Made by a program: the position numbers and the translations under genes
Notes under the pieces: generated by a model
What the model saw: only the letters and a program-made list of their open reading frames with translations
Told to the model about the DNA's origin: nothing
Database searches by the model: none
Part shown: positions 1-10,010 of the stretch, in pieces
How the letters are laid out: each line of letters starts with the position of its first letter
How positions within the stretch are numbered: position 1 is the first letter of the stretch
Origin: Myxococcota bacterium
GTDB lineage: Bacteria > Myxococcota_A > Bradymonadia > UBA7976 > UBA1532
Reading direction: 5' to 3'
Assembly: GCA_036337435.1 (NCBI GenBank)
Contig: JAYZEG010000028.1
Location: forward strand, 32,001-96,000
DNA: 64,000 bases

Positions 1-26
1 AAGCGGCCTAAGGCCATTTCCCTGAG

Positions 27-3000
27 TTGATGGTGGACTCATCGGAGACAAAGTCGGGAACTCCGCGCGCGAGCGCGGTTTTGCCCGGGACAGAGCAACT
101 TATCGATGGTTGGCCTGCTGCCGAACCGTTCTTTCGTGGAATTGATCGCGCCGTCGATGCGCTTTCAGAGAACCAAACACGAGGGATCGCACAACTCGGG
201 CGGCGAATTGGTCGGTTTATTCGGTTTAATCGGACTCGTCTTGCACGTTTGTTTGAGTCCTTGGATGACCGAGCGAGGACAGCATTTGCGCTGGTGCCCT
301 ATTTACTGCATGTCAATGAACCCGACCTTCCGGGCTATGTTTCATCTGGTCGCCTCACATCCCATGGTGTGAGTCAATTTGAGTTTAATGAAACCATTCA
401 GAGTGCCTTAATGTCGGTCACTCGCCGTAATTCAGTGCGTTCCCCGGCAACTGAGTTTCGACCCGTCATCAGGAGTATCTTCGCTGTAACTGACATTGGC
501 ACACTCGCACAGCGGCCGGGTGACACGGTAACCCTCTTCTTGGTCGCGGACCTGAGGGGCATGGGCGAGCCACTCAGGCGGCAGCTGACCCGAAAATTGG
601 AAGAAATTATTGCGTGGAGTTCGCAGCAAGGTCTCAATTTAGGGTTTGAGCTCATCGACCCAGCCTGGTCTAAGGAGGGGGATTTCGGCAATCTACGTGG
701 GGAAAGAGCGATCGGTATGCTCTTACTCGAACGATTCTATCGAAACGCGATTTTCCTTGCGGGTGAAATTCCTGTTTTCTGGTGCACAACACCTGGTAGC
801 GATTCGGACAAACACGAAAAAACTGCACGGTTGGCTGCACGGATGGACTTCGACGAAGCGATTTCCTTTGTCGACCTCGGTTTTGTTGAACTGCCCAAGG
901 TTCGAGTTCGTCGCAGGGCAATGCTGGGTGTATTGAATCACCACCCAGTCTCCCCCCTCTGCACGATTCTTGAACTTGTTTTATTGCTTAACGGTGCGAA
1001 TGCATCGTCATTGCTATGTGATCATATGAAGAGTCGGATCTTTAAGGGCTCTGAAGCGGTTCACTTTATCGATCCCTACATTCTCTTGTTTGATGCAGCA
1101 TCTGTTGCCTTGGGTCATCATGGTGGTTGGCAGAGGCTCGATTTACTTCGGCGTCTTTTCATACTCAAGTCAGCACTTGTAAGCCGCCGATCTACCCGTG
1201 GACGCCGAGCCTTTATCAAGAAACTGCGGGACATGTCAGGGTACATCGTCAGATGGGGTTGGCAGAGGGAGGTCTTGCAGGACGCAGAACGCTTCCAGCG
1301 GAACAATCGGTCTGACTCAGACATCCTCGACAAATTGTTTCGGGAGCAAATTCTCGGGATGTATCGGGAACTGGCGGAGCTTGCAGCGAGTACCCCTGGA
1401 CGGTTTGATGATGAAGAGGTCGCACTTCTTGGCCGCCGACTCGTCGCCTGCTTCGGCCGTAACGGCGGCCAGGTTCCGCCGCGGTATACGTATCTTCTCC
1501 ACGAAAACCCGATGCTCGAAACATTTTTCGTTTTCGACGACGCGAATCCCGAAGCAAGGCGGCGTTGGGGCGTTCATAAAGAATTGGCGGGCCGAAGGCC
1601 TGTCGAGGGGGCCGAACCGGTATTTTCGGCAGATTCTTTGTCAGCTGTTTTAACTTGGGCTGCCGTCAATGTAGTGACGAGAAATCGCACCGAGGTCAAG
1701 ATGGTGAGCTCCGATTCTCTCGTTGGAACAGCCCTTTTAAAGGACGCTCTCAAAGAAGTTGAGACGGCGATTAAAGTTGTTGACCCGCTGACCTTGCCCT
1801 CCTTGCGTTTTTCCAAGCCACGTCGAATTGAACGGGCAATCTTATTGGCGAATTTTGAGCAAAAACGCACCGATGAGCAACAAATGGAGAGAGACCGTCG
1901 GCAGTATCTGCCGAGCAACTGGGATATACTCAACTACGGACGTGATAGAAATAGTCGAGTCCGGGATGTCTCGGTGATTACTCGAGATAGTTGGGATCAG
2001 GTTCAGTGCCGGCGTTCGAGGGGCAGAGATGCGGTTCGTCTCGCCATGAAATACGTCTTTCATGACCGAACGCCTGAGTCATTGCAAGATGCGCCACTGA
2101 CCGTGTTGGTGCCTGATGGTCGTACTCAGCGCGCCGTTCATGACAGACTTCAGCAGTTAATTAATTCCGTCGAGGACGTTGCCTCGACGCCTATCAAAAC
2201 CGGAAGCTTCAGAGCGTTTGCGTATGAAGTGGGCGGTCGTTTCCAAGTAGTGCGACGCGATAACGACCGAATTCGTCTCTTCAACACGCGGTCTCTGGAT
2301 GGGGTGGTGCGACTCCTAAGCCCGTCTGGACTGGGGAATGCGGGTATTCTTTATGACGGATTATCTCCAGCTCTTTCTGATTTGAGAGCGATTACGAAGC
2401 GCATGGAAACGGATTCATCGCTGCAGTTTGCGCTCGGCTGGAGGACGTCGCAGGGCCTTGCTCAGATTACTTTACTCGATCAAACAGGCCGTATTTACCG
2501 CAGGAAAGTCAATCCTAAGCAGCTTGACGACGCTCTTGTAAGAATTGCCCGGCGCATCATTCATAGCATCAGGCATCGGGTTCGAGATATGCGAACCTTG
2601 AGGCGAGTCGTCCGTGTTTTCGAACTGCGAGATGGTGAGACGCAAGGAGGTCAATCTCACCTCTACGAAGATACGGTTCGAATTCTACGCTTACTCGGCG
2701 AGCCCAGACCATCTCACCCTGAAATATTTTTGCGGGGTGATCTTGTTGATGGACGTGACGGGATTTTCTTCGAGTACGATGATCAGACCTTTCATCCTCG
2801 GGAACAGGGGCGAACGTTCATCATGAATCTGGTGAAGAAGTTATTATCCGATAAATCAAAGTACAGTCAGGTCAATTTATTCATCGAAGCCTCGACCGTC
2901 GATTTTCCGGATAGCGATAATTCACGCCACATTACAAGCGTCGTTCGGCAGCTGAGATTGATCGACTTGTACGAACGACTTTTGGCCCGGGCACTGCTAT

Positions 3001-3062
3001 CCCTGAGGGGACGGCCGAGCGTTCCCTTGAGCAGCACCTCAAGTTACAGGAGCCAAGAATGA
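27..3062 (+). CDS. Class I adenylate cyclase (CyaA)-like protein, catalytic motif apparently degenerate
   Basis: Collinear matches to class I AC motifs: LVPYLLHVN, LLLERFYRNAIFLAG, FVDLG, DPYILLFD, RLDLLRRLFILK, WGW, ILNYG..ITRDSWDQV. The expected GS...SDLD nucleotidyltransferase motif reads TD...GDTVTL. Confidence 0.75.
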   Translation: MMVDSSETKSGTPRASAVLPGTEQLIDGWPAAEPFFRGIDRAVDALSENQTRGIAQLGRRIGRFIRFNRTRLARLFESLDDRARTAFALVPYLLHVNEPDLPGYVSSGRLTSHGVSQFEFNETIQSALMSVTRRNSVRSPATEFRPVIRSIFAVTDIGTLAQRPGDTVTLFLVADLRGMGEPLRRQLTRKLEEIIAWSSQQGLNLGFELIDPAWSKEGDFGNLRGERAIGMLLLERFYRNAIFLAGEIPVFWCTTPGSDSDKHEKTARLAARMDFDEAISFVDLGFVELPKVRVRRRAMLGVLNHHPVSPLCTILELVLLLNGANASSLLCDHMKSRIFKGSEAVHFIDPYILLFDAASVALGHHGGWQRLDLLRRLFILKSALVSRRSTRGRRAFIKKLRDMSGYIVRWGWQREVLQDAERFQRNNRSDSDILDKLFREQILGMYRELAELAASTPGRFDDEEVALLGRRLVACFGRNGGQVPPRYTYLLHENPMLETFFVFDDANPEARRRWGVHKELAGRRPVEGAEPVFSADSLSAVLTWAAVNVVTRNRTEVKMVSSDSLVGTALLKDALKEVETAIKVVDPLTLPSLRFSKPRRIERAILLANFEQKRTDEQQMERDRRQYLPSNWDILNYGRDRNSRVRDVSVITRDSWDQVQCRRSRGRDAVRLAMKYVFHDRTPESLQDAPLTVLVPDGRTQRAVHDRLQQLINSVEDVASTPIKTGSFRAFAYEVGGRFQVVRRDNDRIRLFNTRSLDGVVRLLSPSGLGNAGILYDGLSPALSDLRAITKRMETDSSLQFALGWRTSQGLAQITLLDQTGRIYRRKVNPKQLDDALVRIARRIIHSIRHRVRDMRTLRRVVRVFELRDGETQGGQSHLYEDTVRILRLLGEPRPSHPEIFLRGDLVDGRDGIFFEYDDQTFHPREQGRTFIMNLVKKLLSDKSKYSQVNLFIEASTVDFPDSDNSRHITSVVRQLRLIDLYERLLARALLSLRGRPSVPLSSTSSYRSQE

Positions 3063-3877
3063 AACCCATAACGGCTTTTCTAGTCACGGTCTTTACCTTG
3101 GGTGTGGCGGCAGCCTCCGCGAAGACAGAACTCGACCCACTTATGGTCGTCGGTGTTTATAGACCCCTTGAAATGGATGGTCGGCGTGTTCACACACCTC
3201 GAATTGTCTACTTGAAAACGGCTGAGGGCAGAAAAAAACCGTCGGTTGGCGATGTCTTAGGCATTTTTAGGATGAACGGTCAGCCGCATCAATTTGGTGC
3301 ATCGTATTTCGAACAGCCTGCTTTTAACCCATTTTCGGAGATAAACTCAGATTCTCGTTTTGTCGTTCAAAGATCTGAGTCAATCTCTCGACGTCAAATC
3401 CGCCGCGGTTCAAAATTTAGATTACAACCGGCCGGACGACTTGACGATACGGATGTGGGTCGGCCAGCAGGCTTTTCCACCGACCGGTCCGCTTCACCGA
3501 CCAAGCCGGCCGACCCTCCCGTGCGTATGCCCGGTGGGCAGGTTTTCCCGGGTCTCGATGCAGTAATGCTTAGAGTCGGTGCAGTTCGAGTAAGCCATGT
3601 TCGTGGTGAGACGATCGTGGGTGAGATCTTAGAAGACGGTCTCTCTAAAAGCACCACCGACGAAAAGCGTGAAGAATTGAGAGCCCTCGCGATCATGGTC
3701 GGGGATGTGGCAAAGTTAGAAAAAGGGCAGGTTGCATCTAAATCGGTGGTGACGATTTTAAAACCCATAAATCAAAAGCAGCTCAAACGTGAACGAGATC
3801 GGTTGTCTCGCGATCTAAAACGCAAAGCTCGAAAACCAAAACCGTATAGACGTGCGGTCATGAAATGGGATCTTTAG
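3059..3877 (+). CDS. Exported hypothetical protein
   Basis: Signal peptide (MKPITAFLVTVFTLGVAAASA). ATGA overlap with the upstream stop suggests translational coupling. Confidence 0.65.
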   Translation: MKPITAFLVTVFTLGVAAASAKTELDPLMVVGVYRPLEMDGRRVHTPRIVYLKTAEGRKKPSVGDVLGIFRMNGQPHQFGASYFEQPAFNPFSEINSDSRFVVQRSESISRRQIRRGSKFRLQPAGRLDDTDVGRPAGFSTDRSASPTKPADPPVRMPGGQVFPGLDAVMLRVGAVRVSHVRGETIVGEILEDGLSKSTTDEKREELRALAIMVGDVAKLEKGQVASKSVVTILKPINQKQLKRERDRLSRDLKRKARKPKPYRRAVMKWDL

Positions 3878-3986
3878 GGCAAAAAATGGACAATATTTGG
3901 TGCTCTATGTAAGTGGAACGTACGGGCCGGACAGTCGCCTGATAATGGCGCTTGATCATGATTCCGGTTTTTTCGTTATTTTTGAT

Positions 3987-4013
3987 TAAAGTTCTCTCTG
4001 AAGAGGACGATGA
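3987..4013 (+). promoter_or_regulatory. Sigma-28 (FliA) promoter of fliS
   Basis: TAAA-N15-GACGATGA, compared with consensus TAAA-N15-GCCGATAA. Confidence 0.65.
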
Positions 4014-4099
4014 ATTTATAGGGGACGGGCGTAACGCCTGACGTCTGTTTGGTTTATGCCGAGCAGCACCCGGCTTTATTTGGTTTCGAGGGAGAGCAA

Positions 4100-4576
4100 A
4101 TGTACGCGAAAAACGGCTACGGACAGAGCAGCTTTCAGCGTTATCGTGCTGTTAAGATTCAGACGGCATCGCCCGCTCAGATCATGCTTATGCTCTACGA
4201 TGGCGCAATTCGATTTGCTCTGATTGCGAAGAAAAAGATAGATGAGAAAGACTATGCCGGGAAGGGGACTTACATCGGTAAAGTCCAAGCGATCGTCAGC
4301 GAATTGATGAGCAGCCTCGATTTCTCAATGGCCCCTGAATTGTGTGAACGTTTAGAGCAATTGTACCTCTACATGCTCGAGCGCTTGACAGAAGCAAATC
4401 TTGATCTGAAGACCGAACCACTTGACGAAGTGGTCAAATTATTGAAAACCTTGCGCGAGGGCTGGAACGAAGCCTTGACCAGCTTGCCGAATGACCCGAC
4501 TAAGAATCGGGCGCCGACAGGTGGTTCTCGGGCAAGTATCCAACGGCCGCCCTCTGGAGGGTCAGGCAAGAGTTGA
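4100..4576 (+). CDS. fliS: Flagellin export chaperone FliS
   Basis: TASPAQIMLMLYDGAIRF, LSSLDF-like segment, LEQLYLYM, LREGW. ATG at 4100 follows GAGGGAG. Confidence 0.95.
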   Translation: MYAKNGYGQSSFQRYRAVKIQTASPAQIMLMLYDGAIRFALIAKKKIDEKDYAGKGTYIGKVQAIVSELMSSLDFSMAPELCERLEQLYLYMLERLTEANLDLKTEPLDEVVKLLKTLREGWNEALTSLPNDPTKNRAPTGGSRASIQRPPSGGSGKS

Positions 4577-4935
4577 GCAGAGCTCACATCGAAGAGTTAA
4601 AGACGCTTGGTGATGAATGCAGGCGTGTTTTAAAAGAAGTCCGCTCGGGTACACCGGCGGACTTTTTACATTTCAGCGAGGAGTTCGATGCCATTCTCGC
4701 GCGTCTTCCCGCGCCCGCTGAGCTCAAGAAACTTTCTCAATCAGAAGAGCAAGAACTTAAACGCGTTTTGCGTGATGTGGAGCGAATACGGAAACAGTTG
4801 GCGTCGGAACTTATGAATATTCGCGGGGATTTAGTCAACAAGTTGACGGATATGAGCAAGGGCCAAATTGGTCTAGATGCGTACCGTAAAGCACTGGTTG
4901 GTACCAAAAGCGGTACCCGCCGCGGATCGGGGTAA
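4573..4935 (+). CDS. Small helical protein, FliT/FlgN-like chaperone candidate
   Basis: 120 aa coiled-coil overlapping the fliS stop, with a C-terminal GLDAY motif. Occupies the usual fliT position. Confidence 0.5.
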   Translation: MSRAHIEELKTLGDECRRVLKEVRSGTPADFLHFSEEFDAILARLPAPAELKKLSQSEEQELKRVLRDVERIRKQLASELMNIRGDLVNKLTDMSKGQIGLDAYRKALVGTKSGTRRGSG

Positions 4936-4958
4936 TGTTTAGTTCAAAGTAGGCCGTT

Positions 4959-7214
4959 CTACTTCTTCTTCGTACTCCCGCTGATGGCTTCCATCTGCTG
5001 GGTTATATAGCTGCCCAATGCGTCTAATTTACCCATGGTCACTTCCATATTGGTAAATTGTCGGCGCAACCGTTCCTCTTGCATTGACATTCGGCGCTGC
5101 TGTTTAAGAATTTCACCTTCTAGGCTTTCGATCCGGGTCGTGACACCTTCTGCCCGGCTCTTGAGAACTCCACGAAAACCGATCAACCCATTGATGATGC
5201 CCGGGAATTTCTCGGCAAGACCATCCACAATCCGGACTTTACCCATTGGGCCGGATGTATCATCGGGGATTGTGACCTCGATCCCCTCGACGCTAAACCC
5301 CATTCCACCCTTGAGCCGGTTACCTTCAACTATGGTCGCTGGTACACCCCCGATCAATCCTTCAAGATCGGTTCCAATCGCTTCTTGTTCTGCGTTTCCA
5401 ATTCGGCTTGTGCCGGCGGCTGCAGCAAGGTTAGATTGCACCGCTATCTTGTAGTCGTCACCGTACTCTGTGCTGCGGAAAGTAATCGCACCTGTTGCAT
5501 CCAGAAATGCCGTCATGTCGAGAGAACTTTGCTCGAAACGGTCATTGAACTTGGTGATTTGCTGTTCTGGGGTGTCCCCGGCGAGCAATGAGACACTGAA
5601 TTCGAAGGGGTTACCATCGGTTTGTGCACGGCGATTGAAGGTCAACGAGATCTCTTCATCGGCAGCCAGCACCTCCGCGGGTGCTGCAGCTGTCAGTTGC
5701 GCGCGGGTTCGTGCCTGAGTGACGTTCACATCGTAGGTGCCAGGCTTTGTTGACGAAGTTCTCTTGGTGAACTTGAAGTCGCCAGACATTCGCTCGCCAA
5801 ATCGAGTCAAGACCCGTTCGACGGCCGTGGGGTCGTCCCTCATCAACGTACTGAGCTTCATCGGATTAAAGCTAACAATCCCCGTTTTCTCGTTCGAGTC
5901 TATGCCTAGCTCAGAAAGTGAGCTCACTTCAGAGCTTCCGAGGCCATCCATACGAGCAGAGATAATTCGCTTTATGTCACGGTCGACTTGACGCGCCGCT
6001 GAATCGCCATTGAGGGGTGGTGCTAGGCCGCCTTTAGACGGATCAAAAGCAAAATGTTGTCGGAGAAAACCGACAACACCATTGTAGGCACCGATAAACG
6101 CGGTGAGCGTTTCCTCAACGCTACCGGAATCCTTTTCAACAGTTATATTGACGGTTTCATTCGGGGAGGCTGACGCAAGGTCAAATGTCAGCCCCTCAAA
6201 GACATCATTCACCACGTTGGAGTTTTTTCTCACAGTGATTCCATTGACTTCAATGATGGAATCTTGCGGTGTTCTTAATTCAGGATTGAACACGTCTATC
6301 GTGAACGTATCGCCTTCCCTGAGTGTGCCATCGTCTTCAAAATTTATGGTCACGCCATCTGCCAAGGCGATAGGGCCTCCACTTGTCACGTCAAACCCAA
6401 GTCCACCATTGTCGTCAAACGTCAAACCACCGTCGGTTGATAACCGATATTTGGCGGTTCCATCGGCTAATCCCTCTGTGATCACCTCCACGATGAAGCT
6501 GGTGTTTGCTGTGCCTGTATACGTACCAGCGGAGGTCACAGAACCTTCGTAATCGCCCGCGTTATCTTTATCGGCAACGGCTTCTTCGATCTGTGTATTG
6601 CCGAAATCGAGGGTGGTATCGTTTTGGGTGATGATGATTGTACCGGCTTCACCCTCTTTGGTCGCTGTCAGAACAAGGCGTTGGGAATTCGTACTCGTGC
6701 CATCGTCTACAATGGTTGCTGTCACACCTTTTTTGGCATCATTTATCGCATTGGCAAAACTTTGAAGTGATGTTGATGGTCCGACATCCAGCTCGACCTC
6801 GCTGCCTGTCGTGCCGAGTTTGAAGGCGAACACCCCATCTTCAGCGGCAACGCCCGTCCCGGTTTTGTCGACGAAACCTTGAGCTGCAATACGGTGCGAC
6901 GTCGCGATCTGCTTTACTTTGACCGCATACGTACCAGGCTCAACGTCGCCGGAACGACTTCTGGCCGAGAGGACAGCCGTATTGCTTGAATTAACTTGAA
7001 GCTCCCCAAAAATATTATCATCACTGAATTTCGACGCTGCTCTCTTGAGCCCGTCTAATCGGCCAGTCAGGTCATCATAGGCCGCTTTCTTTTGTTCTTC
7101 TAAAGCGATTCGTCTTTGAATCTGGAATATGCGCTGCTCTTCCAGCGCCATGAGCTGCGCAATAATGCTATCGGAATCAATTCCACTGGCGAGGCCGCCA
7201 ACTGCAATTCCCAT
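4959..7214 (-). CDS. fliD: Flagellar filament cap protein FliD
   Basis: N-terminal GLASGIDSDSIIAQLM, NVVNDVFEGLTFDL, LSELGI, C-terminal RLRRQFTNME. Confidence 0.95.
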   Translation of the reverse strand: MGIAVGGLASGIDSDSIIAQLMALEEQRIFQIQRRIALEEQKKAAYDDLTGRLDGLKRAASKFSDDNIFGELQVNSSNTAVLSARSRSGDVEPGTYAVKVKQIATSHRIAAQGFVDKTGTGVAAEDGVFAFKLGTTGSEVELDVGPSTSLQSFANAINDAKKGVTATIVDDGTSTNSQRLVLTATKEGEAGTIIITQNDTTLDFGNTQIEEAVADKDNAGDYEGSVTSAGTYTGTANTSFIVEVITEGLADGTAKYRLSTDGGLTFDDNGGLGFDVTSGGPIALADGVTINFEDDGTLREGDTFTIDVFNPELRTPQDSIIEVNGITVRKNSNVVNDVFEGLTFDLASASPNETVNITVEKDSGSVEETLTAFIGAYNGVVGFLRQHFAFDPSKGGLAPPLNGDSAARQVDRDIKRIISARMDGLGSSEVSSLSELGIDSNEKTGIVSFNPMKLSTLMRDDPTAVERVLTRFGERMSGDFKFTKRTSSTKPGTYDVNVTQARTRAQLTAAAPAEVLAADEEISLTFNRRAQTDGNPFEFSVSLLAGDTPEQQITKFNDRFEQSSLDMTAFLDATGAITFRSTEYGDDYKIAVQSNLAAAAGTSRIGNAEQEAIGTDLEGLIGGVPATIVEGNRLKGGMGFSVEGIEVTIPDDTSGPMGKVRIVDGLAEKFPGIINGLIGFRGVLKSRAEGVTTRIESLEGEILKQQRRMSMQEERLRRQFTNMEVTMGKLDALGSYITQQMEAISGSTKKK

Positions 7215-7288
7215 TTTTCAACCCTCCTAAATCTTCAATGACCATGATTCGCTTTCGCTAAATAAGTCATTTTTCACCGATCTACACA

Positions 7289-7304
7289 TGCACACATTGT
7301 GCCA
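7289..7304 (-). promoter_or_regulatory. Sigma-54 promoter of fliD
   Basis: Minus strand TGGCAC-AATGT-GTGCA (-24/-12), about 75 nt upstream of the fliD ATG and just downstream of a terminator. Confidence 0.7.
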
Positions 7305-7314
7305 TTTTTCGCGT

Positions 7315-7350
7315 AAAAAGGTGGCGGAACGGGGAAACCCCGTTCCGCCA
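7315..7350 (-). terminator. Intrinsic terminator upstream of the fliD promoter
   Basis: Perfect 13-bp stem TGGCGGAACGGGG/CCCCGTTCCGCCA followed by CCTTTTT on the minus strand. Confidence 0.75.
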
Positions 7351-7497
7351 ATTGCGACGATCAGTTTACCAAGTCTACGCACCCCCCGCTCGGGCGTCAC
7401 GTAGTCGTTTTATTTGGACCGCTCCTTAGTCCATAATATTCGCATAGTGCTCGAATGCGACCACTACTTTTCAGCCAGGGCGGAAGGCCACCAATAA

Positions 7498-7769
7498 GTG
7501 ACTCTCACGGACCCAATCGTCAGTCTTAGCGCCACACTAGACTGACATAGCCGCGCGGAGCGACGTCTCGACTGAAGGGAACGCTGGGCCTGGATGGCGT
7601 ATGCACCCCGGCCTGGTTTCCTCCTGGTAACGAAGTATGAGGAGGGCACACTTCATTACTCATTCGCCAAGCAAGCCAGCGACATCTCCTGAAGAGGTTC
7701 GCTGCGCGCGGCCGCAGGGTAGAAACCCATGCTGCTGCTCCGCAGTTTGTGCTCCAAGTGAAGAGTCAC
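7498..7769. ncRNA. Candidate structured RNA of about 270 nt, unassigned
   Basis: Nested stems: 7498-7505/7762-7769, 7519-7526/7539-7546, 7550-7557/7705-7712, 7677-7682/7699-7704. No convincing ORF. Confidence 0.45.
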
Positions 7770-7834
7770 CGACTGATCGAGTTTTAACAGGCCAGCCAAA
7801 ACTCGCGTCCTGATTTGGCAAACCAATCATCACG

Positions 7835-7875
7835 ATGGGTTCCTATTGAGGATGGAGCCCTCTATAGGAACCCAT
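7835..7875. terminator. Hairpin just 3' of flagellin 1 (terminator or stabiliser)
   Basis: 12-bp stem ATGGGTTCCTAT/ATAGGAACCCAT. No clear U-tract. Confidence 0.5.
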
Positions 7876-7882
7876 TATGCTG

Positions 7883-9325
7883 CTAGCCTAACAAGGACAG
7901 AGCGATGTTTGGCTGCTGGTTCGCCTGTGCCAAGACACTGACACCAGCCTGCTGCACAATCTTGTTCTTCGAGAACACCGCTGTCTCTGAGGCAAAATCC
8001 GCATCTTGGATTCGGCTTCGGGACGCACTCAAGTTCTCAGAACTAACCTCTAAGTTTCTGACGGTCGATGCGAGTCGGTTTTGAACCGCACCCAGCTCAC
8101 TTCGGAACGACGACACTTGACTGATTGCAATATCGAGTGTCGATATCGCATCATTAGCACCTTCTCGTGATGTCACGTCGAGATTACTCACCGAGAACTC
8201 GTCGTTTACACCGAACAAAGACGCTCCAGCACCACCGACATCACCGAGCTTACTGATCGCCGCTCCAGTGAGATCGAATTGTTGCTCCGATTGAAGTGTC
8301 AATCGACCACCAGTAACAGTTGTTCCTGCAGCACCAAGACCCACTCGCGAACCATTTCCAGACACGGTCAGCTCGATGTTGCGTCCATCTTCTGCGGTCA
8401 AAACCATCCTGTTGTCTACGTCGAGACTGGCAACAACACCTGTCTCGTCACTGACAGCATTGATTTGGTTGACCAATGTGTCATCAGCGTCGTTGTCCTG
8501 AACAGCAAAGCCCGTCAGAACAGTCCCATTTATGGAGATGTTGTTTGTTGAGTCCATCGTCACAGCGGTGATGTCTGATTCAGCAACAATCTCTGTCTTC
8601 TCCACGATGGCGGTAACACCGGTGAATTCAGACGAATCATTAATCGCAGCCGCTTTTGAAATTGCGGATGCTGCGTTAAGTGTCGTCGACAAAGAGTCAT
8701 CAGCGGCTACAGTCGAACGGACTGTAACACCTCTAATGACAACGTCTCCATCGGACAGTGCATCTCCAGCTCCACCCACTGTAATGTCGGTTGAACTTTC
8801 GTACTTGGCCTGACGACCAAGAGACGTTGATCGAGCATCTTTGACAGAAATCGACAAATTTTCTCGGAAGTTTGCACCAATGTGAAATTTCGCACCGGTG
8901 AAGCTGCCGTCGAGCAATGTCTGATTATTGAATGTCGTCTTTGTCGCAATGCGGTCAAGCTCGTCTACCAGAGCAGTAACTTCTTCCTGGATAGACTCTC
9001 TGTCTGCATCTGTGTTGGTATCATTGGCCGATTGAACGGACAGCTCGCGCATTCTTTGCAGAATTGCACCGCTCTCTTGCAAACCACCTTCCGCGGTTTG
9101 TGCGAGCGAAACGCCGTCGTTTGTATTTCGAATGGCTTGGTTGAGACCACGGATTTGTGTACTGAAGCGCTCCGAAATGGCAAGCCCTGCAGCATCATCT
9201 TTAGCGCTGTTGATCCGAAGACCAGAAGACAATCGCTGAAAGGATTGTCCCAAAGAGCGCGTAGTTTCATTCATATTACGACGCGCATTAATAGACGCGA
9301 CGTTAGTATTAACGTAAAGACCCAT
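7883..9325 (-). CDS. fliC: Flagellin paralog 1
   Basis: RLSSGLRINSAKDDAAGLAIS, LGAVQNRL, SRIQDADFA, LAQANQ. Confidence 0.97.
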   Translation of the reverse strand: MGLYVNTNVASINARRNMNETTRSLGQSFQRLSSGLRINSAKDDAAGLAISERFSTQIRGLNQAIRNTNDGVSLAQTAEGGLQESGAILQRMRELSVQSANDTNTDADRESIQEEVTALVDELDRIATKTTFNNQTLLDGSFTGAKFHIGANFRENLSISVKDARSTSLGRQAKYESSTDITVGGAGDALSDGDVVIRGVTVRSTVAADDSLSTTLNAASAISKAAAINDSSEFTGVTAIVEKTEIVAESDITAVTMDSTNNISINGTVLTGFAVQDNDADDTLVNQINAVSDETGVVASLDVDNRMVLTAEDGRNIELTVSGNGSRVGLGAAGTTVTGGRLTLQSEQQFDLTGAAISKLGDVGGAGASLFGVNDEFSVSNLDVTSREGANDAISTLDIAISQVSSFRSELGAVQNRLASTVRNLEVSSENLSASRSRIQDADFASETAVFSKNKIVQQAGVSVLAQANQQPNIALSLLG

Positions 9326-9661
9326 CTTTATTCACTCCATGAATCGTCAGCTAAGTAGCTATCCGTAGCCACTCACGTCCACAGCCAGAAATTGACTGAG
9401 TTCGAACTTGTACGCAGACCCATCTTTGCGCATCACCAAGTTGCTGGATTGGTCGATTGGATCACCATCTTGGTTGATCCTAAATCATTAAAATGTTTCG
9501 CCGACTACCCATCGGCCCCAAAAGTCATTTTGTCGTTCATCTCGTCGCATATAAACCTACCCCTAGGCCATATTACTCGGGATGAAGCACCTCCTTTCAT
9601 CAGTCCGTCCTAAACGAACAGTCTTAAAGTCCGTGCCGGTAATTCCGGCGCGTCACCTACG

Positions 9662-9688
9662 ACATCGGACGGAAAACTACATACTTGA
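9662..9688 (-). promoter_or_regulatory. Sigma-28 promoter of flagellin 1
   Basis: Minus strand TCAA-N15-TCCGATGT, preceded by an AT-rich tract. Confidence 0.85.
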
Positions 9689-9969
9689 GAGAAAAATAAA
9701 GGAATAGTGTATTTTTTATTGTGCTGGGGCTGTTTTTTTAAACTCTTTTTGTTGATTTTTTGAGTTTATATTCAACAAATACAGCTATTTAGAAAAAAAT
9801 CTTTTAGTAAGACTGTTTTTTTAAATATCTGTAAAAAAATGAGTGGGCGCGCAATCCGATTGCGCAATACACCTCAATTGCCAGCAGGGAATTGGTTGCG
9901 ATCTCGAGATTGCTCAGTTGAGTCTGTGACGCCGACTGACCAGGATCTGAATCTTGCAGACGTTGAGAA

Positions 9970-10005
9970 TAATCCTCCGCTATCCAGCTGGACAGCGGAG
10001 GATTA
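9970..10005 (-). terminator. Terminator-like hairpin after flaG
   Basis: Stem TAATCCTCCGCT/AGCGGAGGATTA extended by a minus-strand G-U pair. Confidence 0.65.
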
Positions 10006-10010
10006 AGGAC

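Noticed and set aside
7689..7730. CUGAAGA...GAAA as a hammerhead ribozyme core
   Set aside because: Stem II lacks the G-C closing pair before GAAA, and stems I and III cannot be formed convincingly.
7817..7850. GGCAAACC as a c-di-GMP-I riboswitch start
   Set aside because: No GNRA loop and no downstream GACGCAAAG. Wrong orientation for the neighbouring genes.
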